Source of the DNA: Methanothermobacter marburgensis str. Marburg
GTDB lineage: Archaea > Methanobacteriota > Methanobacteria > Methanobacteriales > Methanothermobacteraceae
Assembly (NCBI RefSeq): GCF_000145295.1
Contig: NC_014408.1
Location: forward strand, 90,001 to 122,000
Length of the DNA stretch: 32,000 bases
Reading direction: 5' to 3'
Shown here: one piece after another, positions 25,818 to 32,000 of the stretch
Position numbering within the stretch: position 1 is the stretch's first letter
How the letters are laid out: each line of letters begins with the position of its first letter
The notes under the pieces: generated by a model
What the model saw: the letters and a program-made list of their open reading frames with translations, nothing else
Database searches by the model: none
Told to the model about the DNA's origin: nothing
Made by a program: the position numbers and the translations under genes

Positions 25818-26228
25818 ATGGAGATGGTTAATTTGGAGATCAGCTGCAGAATCATTTCAAGGGGAAGGGGAAAGGGTCCTGTGATCATTTCAGATAAGCC
25901 CCTGAGTTTCCTTGGCGGTGTTGACCCAGGGACAGGTACCGTTATTGACCCCCGGCACCCCCTGCACGGCAGAAGCATGAGCGGAAAGGTCCTTGTGATA
26001 CCTGGTGGTAAGGGTTCAACGGTTGGATCCTATGTCATATTCCAGATGTCAAAGAATGGAACGGCGCCAGCAGCCATAATATGTTCAAATGCAGAGCCAA
26101 TAATCGCCACTGGAGCCATAATGGCAGGGATACCCATGGTTGACAGGCCAGAGGCCGATCTTTTTCAAATCCTAGAAGATTCATTGGAGGTTGAGGTGGA
26201 CGCGGTTGAGGGGAAAATCAGGGTCTAG
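25818..26228 (+). CDS. aconitase X swivel-domain protein (DUF126); probable small subunit of phosphomevalonate dehydratase
   Basis: [46 protein letters not shown]...[28 protein letters not shown] matches the AcnX small-subunit pattern. The start is uncertain (TTG 25797, ATG 25818 or ATG 25824). Confidence 0.72.
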   Translation: MEMVNLEISCRIISRGRGKGPVIISDKPLSFLGGVDPGTGTVIDPRHPLHGRSMSGKVLVIPGGKGSTVGSYVIFQMSKNGTAPAAIICSNAEPIIATGAIMAGIPMVDRPEADLFQILEDSLEVEVDAVEGKIRV

Positions 26229-26251
26229 GGGGTTACACCCACCATAGAGGA

Positions 26252-26602
26252 TCATGATTCAATGGCGGATCTCAGGACGCTACCTGAAGCCCCGCCAAGT
26301 ATCCCGAGACTTACATCCCCTGCAAGGGCGTAGATGAGTATTGAGAGGATGGCCGCATTCATTGACCCGGTTTTAAGGTAAACAATCAGGATATTTATCA
26401 ATCCCACGGCGGCCCCCATGATGGCCCCATTGAGGGCACCGCCTGGATACTCACTATCTGCAATGTAACCACATACCACTGCCGCCACGATTATTGAGAG
26501 TATACCTGTGAATGATGGAATCACAAATCTGAATACGGGTCCAAGGGCTGCTGTTATTAATATGCCTGCAGCAACTGCCTTCCAGCTGAATCTCAATTCC
26601 AT
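26252..26602 (-). CDS. small integral membrane protein (about 4 TM helices, Gly/Ala/Ile-rich)
   Basis: 116-aa ORF with four hydrophobic stretches. A strong GGGTGATC SD lies 5 nt upstream of the ATG, and a TATA-like ATTATATAT lies about 40 nt upstream. Confidence 0.65.
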   Translation of the reverse strand: MELRFSWKAVAAGILITAALGPVFRFVIPSFTGILSIIVAAVVCGYIADSEYPGGALNGAIMGAAVGLINILIVYLKTGSMNAAILSILIYALAGDVSLGILGGASGSVLRSAIES

Positions 26603-26700
26603 TACTGATCACCCACAGATAATTGAATTTGCAGCGATATATAATAGCAGGATGTATTCTGATGATGACTGTCCTGCTTCATCCTCAATCAATTTAACAC

Positions 26701-27034
26701 CTATATTGTTGGGTTGGGTTCAACAGGTGGAACCACTGGTGGCTTTATGGGTTTGCCCGGTGGTTCTATGGGTTTTGGTTCTGGAACAGGCCCCGGGGAT
26801 GTTGAATTATTTGCACCGGCATTTTTAGCTGCATCTGAGTCATTAATATTTTTTCTGACATCCCGAATATCCTGTGCAGAGTTCAGAGCGCTTCTCTGGA
26901 AGTATGACCTGTAAATCAGTATCGCCACAATTGAAATAACGATCACACCCCCAGAGGAGGATGTACTCGGCTGCACCCTGCCCTTCTTCATCAACAAGGA
27001 ATGAGATAAGAGCCGTAATATCACCCCCTCTCAT
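26701..27034 (-). pseudogene. class III signal peptide (archaeal type IV pilin-like) protein, split by a 1-nt frameshift at a G5 run
   Basis: One frame (27034 down) gives MRGGDITALISFLVDEEGQGAAEYILL. The frame offset by one nucleotide continues GGVIVISIVAILIYRSYFQRS... and runs to a Pro-rich end (PVPEPKPIEPPGKPIKPPVVPPVEPNPTI). The frames switch at CCCCC on the + strand (26948-26952). Removing one base gives GQGAAEYILLWGVIVISIVAILIY, a textbook class III signal peptide. Confidence 0.6.
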
Positions 27035-27054
27035 ATATTAAATAGGTTCCAATC

Positions 27055-27069
27055 AAAATATATAATTTT
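27055..27069. promoter_or_regulatory. candidate shared TATA element for the divergent pilin-like and amidohydrolase genes
   Basis: AAAATATATAATTTT lies in the 68-bp spacer. It is about 28 nt from ATG 27034, which suggests a leaderless minus-strand transcript. It is about 41 nt from ATG 27103, which has an AGGTG SD. Confidence 0.35.
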
Positions 27070-27102
27070 CTTGAGTTTCATATTATTATAACAGGTGTTC
27101 CA

Positions 27103-28310
27103 ATGAGATTCGCGGTAAAGGGGGAACTTGTGGACCTTGAATCAGGGGATCATGAGAGAAGATACATTCTGATCGATAACGGAAAAATAGCGTCTGTTGA
27201 GAGACACGTAAAAGGCGTTGATGTGGTTGATGCCTCAGACAGCTTCATTTTACCAGGGTTCATAGACCTCCATGTGCATATCATGGAGGATGGATTCAGG
27301 GTGGAGAGCAAACTTGAGGATCCCCTCTCACTTTACTTTTACAGGGCACTTGAGAACATGAGGAAAACACTCCATGCGGGTGTTACAACGGTAAGGGATG
27401 CGGGGCTGGCTGATCTGGGCGTCAGAATGGCATCTGAATCCCACATGATCCAGTCACCCCGCATGCAGATAAGTGTCACACCCCTATCAGTGACCGGAGG
27501 ACACTTTGACTTCCACACCCGCTCAGGGATGAACATTGAGCGAACATACCCTGGTCTTCCCTCAGGTATCTGTGATGGCGTCCCTGATGTGCGGAAAAAG
27601 ACCCGTGAAGTACTCAGGGCAGGTGCAGATGTTGTGAAGGTCATGGCAACCGGTGGTGTTATGAGCAGCACGGATTCACCATCGGACACACAGTTCACGG
27701 TTAAAGAACTCGCTGCAGTGGTGGAGGAGGCATCATTCAGAGGAAAAAGGGTGATGGTCCATGCACATGGACTTCAGGGGATAAAAAACTCCCTGAGGGC
27801 GGGTGTGCATTCTGTTGAACATGGTACATACATCGATGAAAGAACAGCAGCTGAGATGTCTGAACGGGGTGTATACCTTGTACCAACATTCCTTGTGACA
27901 CGCCTTAACTGCAGAAGGGCAATGCGTGGTGAACTCCAGGAATACAGCAGAAAGGACGCCATTGAAGTCGCCAGGGTCCACAGGGACAACATGGAAACAG
28001 CCCATGAAAAGGGGGTTAGGATGGTCATGGGACCGATTCAGGGGTTATTGAACATGGCAGGAATCTCATGGAACTTTTTTATCTCACAGAAATCGGAATG
28101 GAGCCACTGGAAGCATTGAGGGCTGGAACTGTGCATGCAGCAGAGTGCATGGGTTGGGAAGACCGTATAGGAACTTTGGATAGGGGTAAGATCGCGGATA
28201 TTGTTATAACCGGTGTCGATCCGGTGGATGAGATTGAAAAACTTTCAGACCCCGGGAATATTCAGTGGGTTATACGGGATGGCGTGATCTACAGGTCCCC
28301 GGACGACTGA
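27103..28310 (+). pseudogene. metal-dependent amidohydrolase (imidazolonepropionase/prolidase-like family), split by a 1-nt frameshift
   Basis: The first ORF carries the HxH motif (FIDLHVHIME), VMVHAHG and SVEHG. Frame 0 is open from 28020 and reads GTDSGVIEHGRNLMELFYLTEIGMEPLEALRAGT...IGTLDRGKIADIVI. This supplies the conserved GTD Asp and the C-terminal barrel. The junction is ATGGGACC at 28027-28034, and one extra G would restore VMGTDSG. Confidence 0.8.
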
Positions 28311-28337
28311 TATCTGCTTACTGTGAAGGTGTCCTGG

Positions 28338-30701
28338 ATGAAGAGGATAACGATACGTATAGGTGGAATGGGGTGCGCAGCATGCGCCCTCAAGATAGAG
28401 GACTCACTTAAGAAGCTTGAGGGAGTATCTGATGCCGTAGTTAACCTTGTGGAGGGCAGGGTCTCTGTTGAATATGACCCTGAAACTGTGGGGCTCCCAT
28501 CAATGGAGGCCGCCATAGAGGAAGCGGGTTACAGCGTCATCAATGAACACCTGACTGTTCTTGTAGGGGGTATGAGCTGTGCAATGTGTGCCCAGAGGAT
28601 AGAATCAGCCCTGAAGGAACTTGAGGGTGTAAGTGATGCAACGGTCAACCTTGCAGCCGAAAAGGCATACATAGCCTACAACCCATCCCTTGCATCAGCA
28701 GAGGATTTCAGGAGGACCATTGAGGACCTCGGCTATGAATTCATGGGAACAGAGGGTGATGAGGAGATTCAGGAGGACCAGGGTCCAAAGTTGAGAAGAA
28801 TAGCTGTGGGGTTTGGTGTTTCACTGCCACTCATGGCCATGATGTACCTTGGCATACACCCACCGGTAAATGAGGGCTTCTTCATGCTCCTGGTCTCTGT
28901 GGTACCATTTGCATATGTATCAGGACCAATATTCAGGGGTGCACTGCGGTCCCTGAGATCAGGAACACTTGACATGGATGTTATGTACTCTATGGGTATA
29001 GGGGTGGCTTTCCTTTCAAGTTTACTTGGCACCGTGGGGGTTCTCCCATCGAGTTTCATGTTCTATGAGACAGCTCTGATGCTGGCATCCTTCCTGACAC
29101 TTGGAAGGTACCTGGAGGCAAGGGCAAAGGGAAAGACATCAGGGGCGATAAGGAGGCTCATGGAACTCCAGCCTGACACCGCCACCATCCTCAGGGATGG
29201 AGATGAGGTTGAGGTCAGAGCAGATGAGCTGGTTGAAGGCGACGAGGTTGTTGTGAGGCCAGGTGACAGGATACCTGCGGATGGTCGGGTTCTGGATGGA
29301 GAATCCTATGTTGATGAATCCATGATCACGGGGGAACCGCTCCCTGTACTTAAAACCAGGGGATCTGAGGTTATCGCAGGGACCATAAACACCGATGGGG
29401 TACTTAGGTTCAAGGTTGAGCGAACAGGTGATGAAACGTTCCTTTCAAGGATCATAGGGCTGGTTGATGAGGCCCAGGCATCAAAGCCACCGGTTCAGAG
29501 GATCGCCGACAGGGCAGTGTCCTATTTCATACCATCTGTCCTCATGGTTGCACTGGCAGCATTTCTATACTGGTACCTTGTTGAGGGGGCCGGTCTTTTA
29601 ATATCGGTCACGGTCCTGATCTCGGTACTCGTTGTGGCCTGTCCCTGCGCCCTTGGACTTGCAACACCAACTGCGGTGACTGTTGGCATAGGAAGGGGGG
29701 CTGAACTTGGAATACTCATAAAGAAGGGCGAGGCACTTGAGGTTGCAGGTAGAATATCTTGCGTACTCTTTGATAAGACAGGCACACTTACAGAGGGTAA
29801 ACCCGAGGTTACAGACATCGTTGGGGACGTGCTGGGGTATGCAGCTGCCCTTGAGGCCAGATCAAGGCACCCCATCGCAGTTGCGGTCACAGAGAGGGTC
29901 ATGAGGGAGGGTCTGGAGATACCAGGGGTTGAGGAGTTCAGGGCCATTCCAGGAAAGGGTCTTGAGGGTAAAATCAACTCCCAACATGTGATTGCAGGTA
30001 ACAGGGTCCTCATGGATGAATTCGGTGTGGAGATTCCAGCAGATGCCGGGAAATTAGAATCAGAGGGGAAGACAGTGGTCATGGTTGCGGTTGACGGCGA
30101 GTTTAAGGGGGTTATAGCGGTCTCTGATAGGATAAACCCCGGCGCAACAGCCGCTGTAGGGGAACTTGAAAGGATGGGGATCAGAACGGCAATGATCACC
30201 GGGGATAACAGGAGGACGGCTGAGAAGGTGGCACGGGAGGTGGGAATCAGCACCGTTATCGCGGAGGTCCTGCCTGAGGATAAGGCATCAAGGGTCTCTG
30301 ACCTCAGATCACGTGGCGTGGGAGTTGCCTTTGTGGGTGATGGTATAAATGATGCCCCCGCCCTCTCAGAGGCAGATCTCGGGATTGCACTGGGAGGGGG
30401 AACGGATGTTGCAAAGGAGGCCGGGGAGGTGGTTCTTGTTGGTGATGACCCGCTTGATACCGCAGCTGCCCTTCAGCTTGCAGGTAAGGTCATCTCAAGG
30501 ATAAAGCAGAACCTCTTCTGGGCCTTCGCCTACAACGTGATACTCATACCTGTGGCTGCCGGCGCCCTTTACCCGCTTGGGGTGGTGTTCAGGCCAGAGT
30601 ATGCCGGCCTGGCAATGGCCCTGAGCTCAGTCACCGTGGTTTCACTTTCACTTTCACTCAGGGGGTACACCCCACCTGCAAGAAGGTTGCGGGAGCTTTA
30701 A
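28338..30701 (+). CDS. copA: copper-translocating P1B-type ATPase with two N-terminal HMA domains
   Basis: Two GMxCxxC metal-binding domains ([16 protein letters not shown]), TGEP, a CPC motif ([11 protein letters not shown]), [17 protein letters not shown] and [10 protein letters not shown]. Start is at ATG 28338 (AAGGTGTC SD) rather than GTG 28323. Confidence 0.95.
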   Translation: MKRITIRIGGMGCAACALKIEDSLKKLEGVSDAVVNLVEGRVSVEYDPETVGLPSMEAAIEEAGYSVINEHLTVLVGGMSCAMCAQRIESALKELEGVSDATVNLAAEKAYIAYNPSLASAEDFRRTIEDLGYEFMGTEGDEEIQEDQGPKLRRIAVGFGVSLPLMAMMYLGIHPPVNEGFFMLLVSVVPFAYVSGPIFRGALRSLRSGTLDMDVMYSMGIGVAFLSSLLGTVGVLPSSFMFYETALMLASFLTLGRYLEARAKGKTSGAIRRLMELQPDTATILRDGDEVEVRADELVEGDEVVVRPGDRIPADGRVLDGESYVDESMITGEPLPVLKTRGSEVIAGTINTDGVLRFKVERTGDETFLSRIIGLVDEAQASKPPVQRIADRAVSYFIPSVLMVALAAFLYWYLVEGAGLLISVTVLISVLVVACPCALGLATPTAVTVGIGRGAELGILIKKGEALEVAGRISCVLFDKTGTLTEGKPEVTDIVGDVLGYAAALEARSRHPIAVAVTERVMREGLEIPGVEEFRAIPGKGLEGKINSQHVIAGNRVLMDEFGVEIPADAGKLESEGKTVVMVAVDGEFKGVIAVSDRINPGATAAVGELERMGIRTAMITGDNRRTAEKVAREVGISTVIAEVLPEDKASRVSDLRSRGVGVAFVGDGINDAPALSEADLGIALGGGTDVAKEAGEVVLVGDDPLDTAAALQLAGKVISRIKQNLFWAFAYNVILIPVAAGALYPLGVVFRPEYAGLAMALSSVTVVSLSLSLRGYTPPARRLREL

Positions 30702-30707
30702 AAGAAA

Positions 30708-32000
30708 TTAGAGGAATACGTCCAGGGAGCTCTGCTTTGACCTGTCACTCTCAAAGAGGGAGTTCACACCGTACTCCAGTATCTCTATCCTCTGCATAAG
30801 GTAGGGGTCTATGGGGTACCTTGATGCGAGGTTCTTTGATATTTCAAGGTACTTTATAACCGAGCCCTTTGAGACGGTGAGGACGAGGTTACCACCGCAC
30901 CGGCACTCCCCGCCGAGGGGTATGCGGCGGTACTTGCGGTTACACTTGGTGCACCTCACCTTCTGCCTTGAGAATGCCCTGATGTTACCCATCATATCAG
31001 GGAGGAAGTGGGACATGAGGACCCCCTCAACAACAGCCCTCTGGTCCACGGCCCTTATCTTCTCTGCTAGGCTTATCTGGGATTCCACCTTCTCCTTCAT
31101 GGTGGGGAGTAACTTGTAGAGGCACACTTTGGGACCTGCGTGTATGCTGGAGGTGTTATGGGAGAACATGAGTCCACTGTACTGTTCGGGCTTTCCGAGG
31201 CGCTTTTCAACGTTATCTATAACATCGAGCACATCTGTCGGTTTAGCATGCTCAAAACTCCTCTCATAGACCTCAAGGGGTATCATGTCCATTGCATCTA
31301 TGTTGTGGGATTCATCATCGATCTCCTCGGGGTCTATCCTTGTTGAGAGAACGAGGGGGGCATCCATGCTGCCTCCGCGGGTGCTCGGGAGGTAGGACTT
31401 GGAGAAGTTGAGGAGGGCGTCCAGGAGGAGCATGACCGAGTCCTCGTCGCTGTCACAGTTTCTCCTCTTGGCTGAGTGGAAGTAGGGGTGGGCGTAGCAT
31501 GCAGAGGCCTCTGTGAATCCTATGATCCTTCCAAGAACAGCGGCAGATGTATGGGGGGCGAGACCAGCTATGAGGTGCCCCACAAGGTCATCCCTTGTTT
31601 TAACGTTGTAGAACCTTTCAAGGCCATAGAACCTTTCAAGGAGGTCATCAACGAACCCCGCAACCCTTACAAGGTAATCGGCGCAGTTCTCTGATATGAC
31701 CACATCCTGGACCTTGAGTTCAAGTATCTGGTCCTCCCTCTCAAGTTCCTCCCCCTGGTAGTCGTGGGTGTACCCGAGTTCACGCAGTTTACTGACAGGG
31801 ACACCAACCTCCCTGGGGGTGAAGTGTGTAAGGGGGAGATCGGTGGAGTCATGGCGGATTGTCGCATCCTTGAATGTGTATACGTCGTTCTTGGCCCTCA
31901 GTATGCCCTTCTCAAGGGGTTCAGGGAATTTATCAGCGGATATCATCCCCTCAACCCCCTTTATCTCATCCATTTTACGGACAGATACATTTTCACCTGC
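30708..32000 (-). CDS. polC: DNA polymerase II (PolD) large subunit DP2, C-terminal part (partial; continues beyond window end)
   Basis: The frame is open to the window edge. DP2-like blocks are present (HTSAAVLGRIIGFTEASACYAHPYFHSAKRRNCDSDEDSVMLLLD, GGSMDAPLVL), along with a C-terminal zinc finger CTKCNRKYRRIPLGGECRCGG. Confidence 0.9.
   Translation of the reverse strand, partial: AGENVSVRKMDEIKGVEGMISADKFPEPLEKGILRAKNDVYTFKDATIRHDSTDLPLTHFTPREVGVPVSKLRELGYTHDYQGEELEREDQILELKVQDVVISENCADYLVRVAGFVDDLLERFYGLERFYNVKTRDDLVGHLIAGLAPHTSAAVLGRIIGFTEASACYAHPYFHSAKRRNCDSDEDSVMLLLDALLNFSKSYLPSTRGGSMDAPLVLSTRIDPEEIDDESHNIDAMDMIPLEVYERSFEHAKPTDVLDVIDNVEKRLGKPEQYSGLMFSHNTSSIHAGPKVCLYKLLPTMKEKVESQISLAEKIRAVDQRAVVEGVLMSHFLPDMMGNIRAFSRQKVRCTKCNRKYRRIPLGGECRCGGNLVLTVSKGSVIKYLEISKNLASRYPIDPYLMQRIEILEYGVNSLFESDRSKQSSLDVFL

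Noticed and set aside
26646-26678. Hairpin AGCAGGA-N19-TCCTGCT downstream of the pilin-like gene as an intrinsic terminator
   Set aside because: The stem is only 7 bp (9 with wobbles), the loop is large, and no oligo-T tract follows on the relevant strand. It overlaps the likely promoter of the next gene. I do not consider it supported.
26508-26914. + strand ORFs (106 and 66 aa) opposite the membrane-protein and pilin-like genes
   Set aside because: The Gly-rich translation mirrors the Pro-rich C-terminus of the minus-strand pilin-like gene. They have no SD or promoter.
29522-30253. 243-aa ORF antisense to copA
   Set aside because: copA motifs are unambiguous on the + strand. The antisense product is Ser/Thr/Pro-rich and of low complexity.

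Overview
Read by eye only; no database search was possible. This window looks like core chromosome of a Methanothermobacter-type methanogen (Methanobacteriales). The evidence is a near-identical ortholog of the MthK Ca-gated K+ channel, an Hmd paralog, CfbD (F430 synthesis), an F390-synthetase-like ligase, the PolD large subunit, and Shine-Dalgarno sites complementary to GGAGGTGATCC. Gene order:
- FAH-family 3' end
- nadE-cutA-leuS operon (-)
- Get3/ArsA ATPase
- Hmd paralog
- a 1390-aa secreted beta-propeller/Ig-repeat surface protein (-)
- cbiE (-)
- YchF-like GTPase
- P2-type cation ATPase, then a 91-aa poly-Asp single-pass protein, then mthK
- sfsA (-)
- a 57-bp tandem repeat
- a tightly coupled cfbD / NDP-sugar transferase-cupin / hisH / PurM-like / small membrane protein operon
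- tRNA-Arg(GCG)
- PaaK/F390-synthetase-like ligase, truD, AcnX small subunit
- small membrane protein (-)
- a frameshifted class-III-signal-peptide (pilin-like) gene (-)
- a frameshifted amidohydrolase
- copA
- 3' part of polC/DP2 (-)
I see no CRISPR array, transposase, integrase or recognisable defence system. No clear novel multi-gene system is evident. The observations most worth follow-up are:
- the perfect 57-bp tandem repeat that makes up the cfbD promoter/leader
- the Na,K-ATPase-like pump, poly-Asp single-pass protein and MthK trio
- two adjacent genes broken at G/C homopolymers, one of them a pilin-like gene
- the giant surface protein, with an odd basic Tyr/Thr-rich C-terminal module and a start codon buried in its own SD
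- the hisH/PurM-like coupling
Several ORF-track starts were re-called using a recurrent GGTGAT + 3-4 nt + start pattern.
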